Both the position numbers and the translations under genes were made by a program. A model generated the notes under the pieces. The model was not told where the DNA came from, did not search any database, and saw only the letters and a program-made list of their open reading frames with translations. Positions 24,250 to 33,804 of a DNA stretch of 64,000 bases are shown here, piece after piece. Source of the DNA: Planctomycetota bacterium (GTDB lineage: Bacteria > Planctomycetota > SZUA-567 > H5-PLA8); contig JACQFI010000044.1 in the NCBI GenBank assembly GCA_016200135.1, positions 15,390-79,389 on the forward strand, given 5' to 3'. Numbering within the stretch: position 1 is the first letter of the stretch; each line of letters starts with the position of its first letter.

Positions 24250-25641
24250 ATGAACCCCATCGACCCGCGCTTCAAGACGATCATCGAGCCCTTCAAGCTC
24301 AAGATTGTCGAGCCGATCCCGTTCACGACGCGCGAGGAGCGCAAGGATCTGCTCGAACGCGCCGGCTACAATCTCTTCAATATCCCCGCCGAGAAAGTCA
24401 CCATCGACCTGCTCACCGACAGCGGCACCGGCGCGATGTCCGTCGAACAGTGGGCGGCGATGTTCCGCGGCGACGAATCCTACGCGGGCGCGTCGAGCTT
24501 CTACCGGCTCGAAAAAGTCGTGCGCGACCTGACGGGCTTTCCCCATTTCCTGCCCGTGCACCAGGGCCGCGCGGCCGAGAAACTGCTCTTCCAGGTCTTC
24601 GGCGGCACAGGCAAGATCATCCCCAACAACAGCCACTTCGATACCACGCGCGCGCACGTGGAGTTCAGCGGCGCGGAGGCCGTCGATCTGCTCGCGCCGG
24701 AATCCAAGGACACGCAGGTTAGCCATCCGTTTAAAGGCAACATGGACTTGGCGGCACTCGCGGATTTGCTTGCCAAAGAGCACGCGCGCATCCCGCTCGT
24801 CTGCCTGACCATCACCAACAATTCCGCGGGCGGGCAGCCGGTGAGCATGGCGAACATCCGCGGCGTCCGTGCGCTCTGCGACCAGTACAAGAAGCCTTTC
24901 TTCCTGGATGGCGCGCGCTTCGCCGAGAACGCCTACTTTATCCAGACGCGGGAGCCCGGTTACGCGGACCGTTCGGTGCGCTCCATCGCCGAAGAGGCCT
25001 TTCGTCTCGCCGATGGCTGCTGGATCAGCGCCAAGAAGGACGGCTTGGTGAACATCGGCGGCCTGCTCGCCTTCAAGGACGACGGCATCTACGAGCCGCT
25101 GCGCAATCTGCTCATCCTTCAGGAAGGTTTCCCGACCTATGGCGGGCTCGCCGGGCGTGACTTGGAAGCCCTCGCGGTTGGCCTGATGGAAGTCACCCAA
25201 GAAGATTATCTCCGCTACCGCGCCGCGACGGTGCAGTACCTCGGGCGCGGGTTCGAGGCCGCCGGCATCCCGGTCCTCAAGCCGTTCGGCGGGCATGCCG
25301 TGTACGTGGATGCCAAGAGCTTCTTGCCGCATATCCCGCCGCAGCAGTTCCCGGCGCAGGCATTCGCGGTGGCGCTCTATCTGGAAGGAGCAGTCCGTTC
25401 CGTCGAGATCGGCACGCTCATGTTCGGGCGCAAGGACCCCGCCACGGGGCAGGAACTTCCCGCGCCGCGTGAACTCGTGCGTCTCGCGCTGCCGCGCCGC
25501 GTCTATACGCAGGCGCACGTGGATTACTGCATCGAGGTCGCCCAGATTCTGGCGCGCGACAAGCACCTCATCCGGCCGCTGAAGATCGTCTCCGCGGCCC
25601 CCATCTTGAGGCATTTCACGGCGCGGCTTGCTCCTTTATAG
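24250..25641 (+). CDS. tnaA: Beta-eliminating lyase: tryptophanase / tyrosine phenol-lyase family (PLP-dependent)
   Basis: Nearly collinear with E. coli TnaA as I remember it: FKLKIVEPI, TIDLLTDSGTGAMS, FDTTRAHVE, SAKKDGLVNIGG (PLP-Lys region), QEGFPTYGGLAGRD, FPAQAF, RHFTARL. I cannot decide between indole-forming and phenol-forming activity. Confidence 0.85.
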   Translation: MNPIDPRFKTIIEPFKLKIVEPIPFTTREERKDLLERAGYNLFNIPAEKVTIDLLTDSGTGAMSVEQWAAMFRGDESYAGASSFYRLEKVVRDLTGFPHFLPVHQGRAAEKLLFQVFGGTGKIIPNNSHFDTTRAHVEFSGAEAVDLLAPESKDTQVSHPFKGNMDLAALADLLAKEHARIPLVCLTITNNSAGGQPVSMANIRGVRALCDQYKKPFFLDGARFAENAYFIQTREPGYADRSVRSIAEEAFRLADGCWISAKKDGLVNIGGLLAFKDDGIYEPLRNLLILQEGFPTYGGLAGRDLEALAVGLMEVTQEDYLRYRAATVQYLGRGFEAAGIPVLKPFGGHAVYVDAKSFLPHIPPQQFPAQAFAVALYLEGAVRSVEIGTLMFGRKDPATGQELPAPRELVRLALPRRVYTQAHVDYCIEVAQILARDKHLIRPLKIVSAAPILRHFTARLAPL

Positions 25642-25843
25642 AACCGCCGGTCACAAAATAGCGCATCCATGAAGCGCACACCCACGCTTGAGCCTGCCCC
25701 CGTAGGGTTTACGCTTCTTGAGCACCCCGTATGGATACTGCTATGTGCTGGCAGGCGCAAGAATTCGGACGCTTTAAGTCGAAAGGGTTTTGAAAAAGCG
25801 CACAATATAAGAAACTAGGACTTTCTAGTTCGTATGATAGGGT

Positions 25844-28834
25844 ATGCGCGTGCATTTCGGCGGGCGCGGAAGCTCCCAAATCGTGGGCAAACGTATGGTT
25901 CGTCGTATTCATAGTTGGGCCGTTCAGATCCGGACCTTCACGCTCGCCGCGTGCCTGCTCCTGGGCGGTGCCTTCGCCTTATCGAGAGGCGCCGCCGGCG
26001 AGGACCAGACCAAGAGCGACTCTGCGGACGCCGAAAAAAAGAAGAAGGAAGAAAAATCGAAGGAGCCGGAATTCAAGTTCGACGCCTGGTGCGCCTTCCG
26101 CGACTTCTCCAGCGCGCAACTGCCCCCGCCCGAACCCAACGCCGATCCCATGCGCCGGGACCACTCCCGCCCCGGTGCCAGCCAATGGCGCGGCTTCGCT
26201 CGGCACGGGAAGTGGGTCAACCTGGTCGTGGAACTTCAGAACACAGCCGAAAAAGACCCGTACACCGGCGCGATCCGCGTGCGGCTCGATCCTACGCAGG
26301 AGTCCACCGAGACAGGCGAGAAGCCCTACACCACGCGCTACCGCCAGGACTACGATCTGCCGCCTCAGACCACCAAGCGCTTCACGTTCAGCGTGCTTGC
26401 CCCGGAGTACACCTTCAACCAGATCGAGATCAACATCTCGGCCAATGGGCAGACCAAGACCCGCGTCCTGGTGCTCTCGGACCTCGACCAGAACGTGAAG
26501 AAGCCCGGCGAACTCGTCGTCGCGGTCTCCGACGAAGCCGGCGCATTCAAGTTCCTCACCTCGCGTTCAAAGAGCAACCCCGACGGCCTGGACGACGAAG
26601 GCATCAACCGCCAGGTCGCGGTGGTGCGCCCGGTCGATCTCCCCAGCCGCTGGTACGACCTGACGATGGCCAATCTGATCGTGATCGACAACCCGCCCCG
26701 CGAGGGCTTCACCGACGAACAGCTCGAGGCGCTCGAGGCCTACTGCCAGGCGGGCGGCCATCTCTTGATCGGCGCGGGCAAGGATCCCTCGCGCCTGGGT
26801 CCCAAAGAAGGCCAGTACCGCAGCCTCGCCGACCTTGCGGGCGTGCGCGTCAACGGCAGCGCGGCCGTCGCGCAACTCGACCTCTATCCGCCGGCCTTTA
26901 AAGGCACTGGCGAAGACTGGAAGCTCCCGATCGTGGACGTCTCGGTCAAGCCGGACCTCGAACACGTCTACGTCGTCAAGAACCAGGGCAAGGAAGGGTA
27001 CATCGAGGAAGTCGAGCGCGTCGTGGGCCTGGGTTCGGTGACGTTCCTTACCTTCTCGCTCAGCGACGAACAGCTTCAGGCCTGGGCCGGCCGGCAGCAG
27101 TTGCCGCTCTACCTGCTGGAAAACGCCGTGCGCCCGCCGCTCTTCGGGCTGGAAGACCCGCACCTCGAGAATAAGCAGGGCACCAATCAGTGGGGCTGGC
27201 CCACGGAAGATGCGGCCACGGGCCCCGACCGCGGCACGCTCTTCAAGCTGCGTAAGGACGTGGACGAGTCTTACACCAAAGATACCCCCGTCGAGACGCA
27301 GAAGAAGCCCTTCGTGGCCTCGTTCCTGCTGCTCTTCCTGCTCTTCGCGGTGCCGGGGAATTACATGATCTTCGGCTGGTTCAAGCGCCGCGAGATCGCG
27401 TGGCTCGCGGTGCCGCTCTGGGCCATGGGCTTCAGCGTTGCGGCGTACTTTATTGGCTATTACGGCCGCGTCGGCAAGCTGACCGTCAACGAGCTGTCCG
27501 TCGTCGAGGCCGGGCCAGGGCAGCAGTACGGCATCGGCCGCACATTTGTAGGCATCTATTCGCCCCGCCGCGGCGAGTACAAACTCGAGTTTAAGAGCGA
27601 TCAGGAGTGGGCTTCGCGCGTGCAGGCGGGGCCCGGGCACTTGATCCGCGACCTGCGCACGCGCGGCATCACCGACGTGCTGCCGGAACTCGACATCGTC
27701 ACCGAGGGCGGTGGAATGTCCGTCGAAAACCTCCTCGTCCAGGCCCGCGCCACGCGCCGCCTAGAGCTCAACCATCGCGTCGATCTCGGCGACGGCATCC
27801 GCGCGCGCATGAAGAGCAAGAACGCCTCGGGCGCTTCCGTCTACGAGATTTCCGTCCAGAACCAGACCTCGAACCAGATCATCGGCGCGGCGCTGATCCA
27901 TCGCGGACCGCAGGGCCTGCGCGGTTTCGAGATCGGCAACCTCGATCCCAAGATGGCCGAGGCCAAGGTGCTCGAAGCGCCCATCACGGACGGCGCGCCG
28001 TGGAAAGACGTCAGCGAAGCCTTCTTCAAGGATCCGCCGAAGTTCCGCTACGCCCGCGGCTCCGACGCCACCGACCGCGGCCGCGCGGTGCTGGAGTTCC
28101 TGCGCGCGCGAATCGAACTCTACGGCGAGTCCGTGCTCGTGGGCTGGATCGACGGCGGCATTCTGCCGGTGAAGGTCGACGGCGAAGATCCCGGCAGCTC
28201 GCGCGGCATGACGCTCCTGATCGTGCCGTTCCCGGAAGAACTCGGCCGCGGCAGCGCGCGGATCGCCCGCGGGCGCCGCATCCAGGTCTCGCCGGATTAC
28301 GACGTCATCCCCGCCAACAACAACTGGAAGGCGCTCAAGGCCGACGGCGGCTCAGCGCGTCTTTCCGTGCGCGGCCAGGACGAAGGCACGCTCGTCTATC
28401 GCACCACGCTGCCCCAGGACGAACTCAAGACGCTCGCCAACAAAACGCTCACGGTGGAGTTCAAGCTCCGCGCGCTCGGCGACCAGGAACTCGGCCCGCA
28501 GCGCGGCGGGCACAACGGCTTCCAGGGCCACCTCGTGGTCGAGGTCCAGGAGCGCGTGGGCAACCAGACGCGCTGGACGCAGATTCCTTCCGTCCAAGTT
28601 AAGAACATCCCGATCCCGTTCAATCTGAGTCCCGGGATGGCGTCCAAACCCATCGCCTTCGAGTGCCCCTTCACCCCTGCGCTGGCATTGAACCGGAATG
28701 TGACCATTAAGGTGACTACTCGGAAACTGGTCACGACGGGCATAGAGGAGGACAACGCCACCGAGTGGACGCTGGCCGTGGAAGCCTTCAAGCTCGACAT
28801 CGTGGACAAGACGAAACCGAAAGAAAAGCCGTAG
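25844..28834 (+). CDS. Large (996 aa) membrane protein, possible ABC-transporter auxiliary component (GldG/ABC_transp_aux-like)
   Basis: N-terminal hydrophobic signal/anchor, Lys/Glu-rich stretch, a central TM hairpin (FVASFLLLFLLFAVPGNYMIFGWF...WLAVPLWAMGFSVAAYFIGYY) and large extracytoplasmic domains on either side. It sits immediately upstream of the ABC ATPase and ABC-2 permease. The family assignment is inference. Confidence 0.65.
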   Translation: MRVHFGGRGSSQIVGKRMVRRIHSWAVQIRTFTLAACLLLGGAFALSRGAAGEDQTKSDSADAEKKKKEEKSKEPEFKFDAWCAFRDFSSAQLPPPEPNADPMRRDHSRPGASQWRGFARHGKWVNLVVELQNTAEKDPYTGAIRVRLDPTQESTETGEKPYTTRYRQDYDLPPQTTKRFTFSVLAPEYTFNQIEINISANGQTKTRVLVLSDLDQNVKKPGELVVAVSDEAGAFKFLTSRSKSNPDGLDDEGINRQVAVVRPVDLPSRWYDLTMANLIVIDNPPREGFTDEQLEALEAYCQAGGHLLIGAGKDPSRLGPKEGQYRSLADLAGVRVNGSAAVAQLDLYPPAFKGTGEDWKLPIVDVSVKPDLEHVYVVKNQGKEGYIEEVERVVGLGSVTFLTFSLSDEQLQAWAGRQQLPLYLLENAVRPPLFGLEDPHLENKQGTNQWGWPTEDAATGPDRGTLFKLRKDVDESYTKDTPVETQKKPFVASFLLLFLLFAVPGNYMIFGWFKRREIAWLAVPLWAMGFSVAAYFIGYYGRVGKLTVNELSVVEAGPGQQYGIGRTFVGIYSPRRGEYKLEFKSDQEWASRVQAGPGHLIRDLRTRGITDVLPELDIVTEGGGMSVENLLVQARATRRLELNHRVDLGDGIRARMKSKNASGASVYEISVQNQTSNQIIGAALIHRGPQGLRGFEIGNLDPKMAEAKVLEAPITDGAPWKDVSEAFFKDPPKFRYARGSDATDRGRAVLEFLRARIELYGESVLVGWIDGGILPVKVDGEDPGSSRGMTLLIVPFPEELGRGSARIARGRRIQVSPDYDVIPANNNWKALKADGGSARLSVRGQDEGTLVYRTTLPQDELKTLANKTLTVEFKLRALGDQELGPQRGGHNGFQGHLVVEVQERVGNQTRWTQIPSVQVKNIPIPFNLSPGMASKPIAFECPFTPALALNRNVTIKVTTRKLVTTGIEEDNATEWTLAVEAFKLDIVDKTKPKEKP

Positions 28835-28847
28835 AAAGGACCGAGCC

Positions 28848-29774
28848 GTGATCAAGATTCGCGGATTCACCAAGCGTTACGAGAGCTTCATCGCCGTGGA
28901 CGGCCTGGACCTGGACATCGACCAGGGCGACGTCTTCGGGTTCATCGGCCCCAACGGCGCGGGCAAGACGACCACCATCCGCTTCCTCACCACGCTGCTC
29001 AAGCCGTCCACGGGCCAAGCCTGGATCAACGGGCACTCGGTCACGCAGCAGGTGGACCAGGTGAAGCGCTCCATTGGGTTCATGCCCGATATGTTCGGCG
29101 TATACGACGGCATGAAGGTCTGGGAGTTCCTCGACTTCTTCGCCACGGCCTACGGCCTGCCGCGCGGCAAGCGCCGCGCGCTCATCGACGACGTGCTCGA
29201 CCTCGTAGACCTGACCCACAAGCGCGACACGCTGGTGAACGGGCTCTCGCGCGGCATGCAGCAGCGCTTGTGCCTGGCCAAGACGCTCGTCCACGACCCG
29301 CCCGTGCTGATCCTCGACGAGCCCGCCAGCGGGCTGGACCCGCGTGCGCGCGTCGAGATGAAAGCCTTGTTGCGCGAACTGCAGAAGATGGGCAAGACGA
29401 TCCTGATCAGCTCGCACATCCTTCCGGAGCTCGCCGACTTCTGCAATAAGATCGGCATCATCGAGCGCGGCAAGCTGCTCGCGGCCGGGCCGGTGAAGGA
29501 CGTGATCCGTTCGATCCGCCAGAACCGCGTGATCAAGATCATGCTCTCGCATCCGTCGGAGGCCTGCGAAGTGATGCTCGCGCACCACCCGCAGGTCCGC
29601 AACCTGAGCTCCGCCGAGATGGAGTTCAAGTTCGAGTTCAGCGGCAACGACGAGGACGTCCAGAAGCTGCACCACGACCTGATGACGGCCAACCTGCCCA
29701 TCGTCTGGTTCGCCGAAGTCGAGGCCGACTTGGAAGAGGCGTTCATGAAGATTACCAAGGGCTTGGTGGCGTAA
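28848..29774 (+). CDS. ABC transporter ATP-binding protein
   Basis: Walker A GPNGAGKTTT, signature LSRGMQQRL, Walker B LILDEPASGLD, H-loop SSHIL. Confidence 0.9.
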   Translation: MIKIRGFTKRYESFIAVDGLDLDIDQGDVFGFIGPNGAGKTTTIRFLTTLLKPSTGQAWINGHSVTQQVDQVKRSIGFMPDMFGVYDGMKVWEFLDFFATAYGLPRGKRRALIDDVLDLVDLTHKRDTLVNGLSRGMQQRLCLAKTLVHDPPVLILDEPASGLDPRARVEMKALLRELQKMGKTILISSHILPELADFCNKIGIIERGKLLAAGPVKDVIRSIRQNRVIKIMLSHPSEACEVMLAHHPQVRNLSSAEMEFKFEFSGNDEDVQKLHHDLMTANLPIVWFAEVEADLEEAFMKITKGLVA

Positions 29775-29808
29775 ACGCGCAAAGAAGAAGAGAAGACTCG
29801 ATACGAGC

Positions 29809-31707
29809 ATGGCTGAACCGACCGAAGTGACCCCGATCGAATTGCCGCCCAGCGGTTCCGGCGGAAGCGCCGCGTCGTCGGCCGGCAGAGCCGCCGCGCA
29901 AGCGGTTACGCCGCCGGGCGCCGCGCCATCGCCTGTGCAGATCGCCGCACAAGCTCAAGCCGCTGCAAGGTCAGCGGGCGCCGCCGGTTCGCCGCCCGCG
30001 CCCGGCGTAGCCGCGGACACCACGCAGCGCCGCCGCGCGGGCATCGCCAAGAAAGAGCCGCTCGGCTTCGGCGAACGCATCTTCCTCGCCATCGACAACC
30101 CCGTGCTGCGCCGCGAACTGCTCACCGCGCTGCGCTCGCAGAAGTCCTTCATCCTGCACTTCTTCTTCCTGCTGATCCTCGGCACGGTGATCTTCTTCGC
30201 CTGGCCCGAAGGCGAAGTGAGCATCGCCGATCTGCGCGCGCGCACCCTCTTCTTCATCTTCGGCGTCAGCCAGCTCATCATGATCTGTGTGCTCTCGCCG
30301 GCGTTCTCGGCGAGTTGCATGACTATCGAAAAAGAGCAGCGCTGCATCGACCTGCTCCTCACCTCCCCCATCCATCCCAATACGATTTTGATGGGCAAGT
30401 ACCTTAGTTCGGTGCTCTACATCTTCCTGCTCGTCATCAGCACCGCGCCCATCGCCTCGGTGATCGGCCTGTGGATGCCGGGCATCGACCCGTACCAGGT
30501 CGCGGGCCTCTACGTGTTGCTGCTCTCCGTCGCGGCGTGCTTCGGCATGATCGGCCTGACCTGCTCGACGTTCTTCCACCGCACGCAGACCTCGCTCTCG
30601 ATCACGTACCTGATCGTGCTCCCGATGGCGCTCGTCTTCCTGGTGATGGCGCGCACGTTCGACAACTTCTTCTCGCTCAACGTCTCCATCTGGCCCTCGG
30701 GGATGCTGCTGGTCGCATCGGCGGTGATGTACCAGTCCAGCGCGCGCCGCCTGCGCCAGCCGTTCGATCCGGTCTTCAAGGCCGCCGAGGAAGAGGACAT
30801 CTCGACGCAGACCGGCCTGGTGCTCGTGCGCGACCGCTTCCCCGATAGTTGGCTCGCGCCGCCCAAGAACGACGAACTTCTGCCCGACGGGACGAACCCG
30901 ATCTATCAAAAAGAGATCCGCAGCGAGATCTTTGGGCGCGGCACGCTCTTCCTGCGCCTCATCATCCAGATCAGCATGTTCCTCTCGGTCGTCTTCCTCA
31001 CGTTCCTGTACCTGCAAAAAGAGCACGTCTTCGTGGATTACCTGATCGTCTTCACGATGCTGGTCGCGCCGGCGTTCGCGAGCAACACCTTCACGCAGGA
31101 ACGCGAGCGCGGCACGCTGGATCTGCTCATGACCACCCTCATCCGCCCGGGCCAGATCATCGCGGGCAAGTTCGTCTCCTGCTGCCGGCTCTCGTTCTTC
31201 CTCACCGGCCTCATCGGCGTGACGCTCTTCTTCTATCTCCTCGTCGGCTACAGCCAGGCGCAGGGCGCGGCAGGCTTTATGGAGCGTATTGTCTATTTCG
31301 GCGTCTACCTGCTCATTCTCGCCGTCACGATCCTGCTCGAGACCTCGCTGGGCATGTTCCTCTCCATGATCTCGGGCTCGACCATGCAGAGCATGATCCT
31401 CACGTACACGGCGGTGCTGCTGATCTTCGGCGCGCCGGTGGCCGGCAAGGCGCTGATGCTGCTCACGATGCCGCAGAACACGTTCGAACTGTACCGCGCG
31501 CAGGTGGATTGGGCCTGCTTCACCAGTCCGTTCCAGGCGGTCTATTCCGTGACCGCCAAGACGCTGGGCAACACGCAGATGGTCGAGCAGCAGGTGATGA
31601 TCTGGCCCGCCTACGTCGCTTTCGCGCTCGGCACTACTGCGCTGCTGATGGGCTATATCTATTTTTCATTCGAACGTTGGGCCACTCACACGCAGAAGCC
31701 ACGATAA
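29809..31707 (+). CDS. Tandemly duplicated ABC-2 family permease with ~100-aa disordered Ala/Pro-rich N-terminus
   Basis: Two successive ~6-TM modules, each followed by an ABC-2 signature (EKEQRCIDLLLTSP; TQERERGTLDLLMTT). The disordered N-terminus suggests the real start may be downstream. Confidence 0.8.
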   Translation: MAEPTEVTPIELPPSGSGGSAASSAGRAAAQAVTPPGAAPSPVQIAAQAQAAARSAGAAGSPPAPGVAADTTQRRRAGIAKKEPLGFGERIFLAIDNPVLRRELLTALRSQKSFILHFFFLLILGTVIFFAWPEGEVSIADLRARTLFFIFGVSQLIMICVLSPAFSASCMTIEKEQRCIDLLLTSPIHPNTILMGKYLSSVLYIFLLVISTAPIASVIGLWMPGIDPYQVAGLYVLLLSVAACFGMIGLTCSTFFHRTQTSLSITYLIVLPMALVFLVMARTFDNFFSLNVSIWPSGMLLVASAVMYQSSARRLRQPFDPVFKAAEEEDISTQTGLVLVRDRFPDSWLAPPKNDELLPDGTNPIYQKEIRSEIFGRGTLFLRLIIQISMFLSVVFLTFLYLQKEHVFVDYLIVFTMLVAPAFASNTFTQERERGTLDLLMTTLIRPGQIIAGKFVSCCRLSFFLTGLIGVTLFFYLLVGYSQAQGAAGFMERIVYFGVYLLILAVTILLETSLGMFLSMISGSTMQSMILTYTAVLLIFGAPVAGKALMLLTMPQNTFELYRAQVDWACFTSPFQAVYSVTAKTLGNTQMVEQQVMIWPAYVAFALGTTALLMGYIYFSFERWATHTQKPR

Positions 31708-31740
31708 AAGATTGAATAGCTAAGGTTGAAGTTGCCGAAT

Positions 31741-32124
31741 ATGGAATCATGGTTACCGATCGTCGCTTTGATTGTCTTTGCAATAACCGGAAATCTCGTT
31801 TTCTGGTATTTTCATAGCCGCTGGAACCGACCGCTATACGCAATCATGTTAAGCAATTGGGCTAGCAAACAAGATTTTGAAATCGTTCAAACGAATGAAT
31901 CTGTATTCAGGCACGCACCATGTTTCGAGTGGCGTCGTTCAATTATTCAGATGGATGTGAGAATTCAAATTCGAGATAAGAAAGGCTGGACGCGGAAGGG
32001 ATGGGTTCGGCTCGGACATTGGCTCTACGGACCCAAGGTCGAAAAAGTGGAAGTCATCTGGGACCCTGCGCCTCACCTTGATTGGGAGAACGAGCACGGC
32101 CATGATGGCGGCTCCAAGCAATAA
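31741..32124 (+). CDS. Hypothetical small membrane protein encoded by a low-GC (~45%) patch
   Basis: One N-terminal TM helix (WLPIVALIVFAITGNLVFWYF). GC drops sharply relative to the flanks. I recognise no family. Confidence 0.45.
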   Translation: MESWLPIVALIVFAITGNLVFWYFHSRWNRPLYAIMLSNWASKQDFEIVQTNESVFRHAPCFEWRRSIIQMDVRIQIRDKKGWTRKGWVRLGHWLYGPKVEKVEVIWDPAPHLDWENEHGHDGGSKQ

Positions 32125-32150
32125 GGATCATGCAACCTGGAGCCTCGACC

Positions 32151-32966
32151 ATGAACTTCACCAAGCGCTATCGCGTTAAGCCGGGCTCCAAAGTTAAACT
32201 CAAAGAACGTGACCCGGACGACTCCGCGGGCTTCAAGAAGAAGGACCGCGAGGAGATCGAAGCGCTTGTCCGCAAGAACATCCAGCGCCTGGACGAACTC
32301 CAGTATCTGCTTTACGCCGAGAACAAGCGCTCCTTATTGATGGTGCTCCAGGCCATGGACGCCGCGGGCAAGGACGGCACCATCCGCCACGTGATGACCG
32401 GCGTCAATCCGCAGGGCTGCACCGTCACGTCGTTCAAAAAGCCCTCCGACGAGGAACTCGACCACGATTTCCTCTGGCGCATCCACAAGGCCGTGCCCAA
32501 CAAGGGCGACATCGGCATCTTCAACCGCTCGCACTACGAAGACGTGCTGGTGGTGCGCGTGCACGAGATCGTACCCGAAGAGGTCTGGGCCGAGCGCTAC
32601 GAGCAGATCAATCGCTTCGAGAAGCTTCTGGCCGACAACAATGTCGTGATCGCGAAGTTCTTCCTGCACATCGGCAAGGATGAACAGCTCCGCCGCTTCC
32701 AGGACCGCCTCCAGGACAAGAACAAGCACTGGAAGATCAGCCCGTACGATTTCGCCGAGCGGAAGTATTGGAACGAGTATCAGAAAGCCTACGAAGACGC
32801 GCTCTCGAAATGCAGCACCGCACACGCGCCGTGGTACGTCATCCCGGCCAATAAAAAATGGTTCCGCGACCTGGCGGTCTCGCAGATCCTCGTCGAGACG
32901 CTCGAGTCGCTCGACATGCGCTTCCCCGAGCCCAAGTTCGATATCTCAAAGATCAAAGTGGAGTAA
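32151..32966 (+). CDS. ppk2: Polyphosphate kinase 2 (PPK2) family nucleotide phosphotransferase
   Basis: Walker A-like MDAAGKDG, PPK2 blocks FNRSHYEDVLVVRVH and the lid region, ~270-aa single-domain form. I chose ATG 32151 (GGAG 8 nt upstream); the ORF starts at 32130. Confidence 0.85.
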   Translation: MNFTKRYRVKPGSKVKLKERDPDDSAGFKKKDREEIEALVRKNIQRLDELQYLLYAENKRSLLMVLQAMDAAGKDGTIRHVMTGVNPQGCTVTSFKKPSDEELDHDFLWRIHKAVPNKGDIGIFNRSHYEDVLVVRVHEIVPEEVWAERYEQINRFEKLLADNNVVIAKFFLHIGKDEQLRRFQDRLQDKNKHWKISPYDFAERKYWNEYQKAYEDALSKCSTAHAPWYVIPANKKWFRDLAVSQILVETLESLDMRFPEPKFDISKIKVE

Positions 32967-33046
32967 GCTTCGAAGAACCAAATGAAAAGAACCAAGAACC
33001 AAACGTTGTGGACTACGAACCACAAACCCTAAACCCATGAGCACTG

Positions 33047-33688
33047 ATGTTGCCTCCTGAACCCTACGCTCTGACCGTGGACGCCGCGGTGCCAATGCGC
33101 TGCCCGGCGTTCGCGCTCGAAGACCTGCGCGTGAAAGCCGGGGACGCTGCGCTCAAACTCGCCATCGAGCTTCTCAGCGATGAATACCACGCAAAGTTCG
33201 CGGGGCTTGAGATCGGCCAGGTGCCGGGCATTAGCGAAGTGCGCGCGAGCTACAAGGCGCTCGGCATCGACCCGACGAAGACGCGCCCGAGCTCGGAGGC
33301 CCTGCTGCGGCGCGTCCTGAAAGGACAGGGACTATACACCGTCAACACCCTTGTGGATGCGCTGAACTTCTGTTCGCTGCGCTATCTCGTCCCGTTCGGC
33401 CTGTACGACCTCGCGAAGGTGCAGCCGCCCGTGGCCGTGCGTGTGGGCCAGGAAGGAGAGGGCTACGAAGGCATTCGCAAGGACCGCGTGAACGTCGCCG
33501 GCCGCGCGTGCCTCGCCGACGCCGAGGGCCCCTTCGGCAATCCAACGTCGGACAGCGACCGCACCAAGATCACGCTCGAGACCACGCGCGCCTTGGTGGT
33601 CCCGTTCCTGCCGCTCTCGCTGAACGAAGCGCGTGTGAAGGAAATCATGGAAGGCACGGCGGTGACGCTGCGAAATTACTCGGCGTAA
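33047..33688 (+). CDS. B3/B4 tRNA-binding domain protein (PheT B3/4-like stand-alone)
   Basis: YKALGIDPTKTRPSSEALLRRVLKG...YTVNTLVDALNFCSLRYLVPFGLYD is the characteristic core of the B3/4 domain (PF03483). Confidence 0.7.
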   Translation: MLPPEPYALTVDAAVPMRCPAFALEDLRVKAGDAALKLAIELLSDEYHAKFAGLEIGQVPGISEVRASYKALGIDPTKTRPSSEALLRRVLKGQGLYTVNTLVDALNFCSLRYLVPFGLYDLAKVQPPVAVRVGQEGEGYEGIRKDRVNVAGRACLADAEGPFGNPTSDSDRTKITLETTRALVVPFLPLSLNEARVKEIMEGTAVTLRNYSA

Positions 33689-33703
33689 GAATACGAATTT
33701 AAA

Positions 33704-33789
33704 CCACAGAGCACACGGAGATCACAGAGAACAGCTTTAAAGAATTTAATGTAATTGAGGTTTCTCTGTGTGCTCTGTGATCTCTGTGG
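33704..33789. repeat. Long imperfect hairpin built from 9-mer CACAGAGNN / CTCTGTGNN repeats with AT-rich loop; likely bidirectional terminator or repeat element between convergent genes
   Basis: Left arm ccacagagcacacggagatcacagagaacag, loop ~25 nt AT-rich, right arm gtttctctgtgtgctctgtgatctctgtgg. The arms are module-permuted complements. Confidence 0.5.
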
Positions 33790-33804
33790 TGAATAGTCGC
33801 GCGC

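Noticed and set aside
33704-33789. Possible CRISPR repeat or tRNA in the CTCTGTG repeat region
   Set aside because: Only one inverted pair of arms and no spacer-repeat periodicity, so it is a hairpin, not an array. I found no cloverleaf or T-loop (GTTCRANYC) consensus here or elsewhere in the window.
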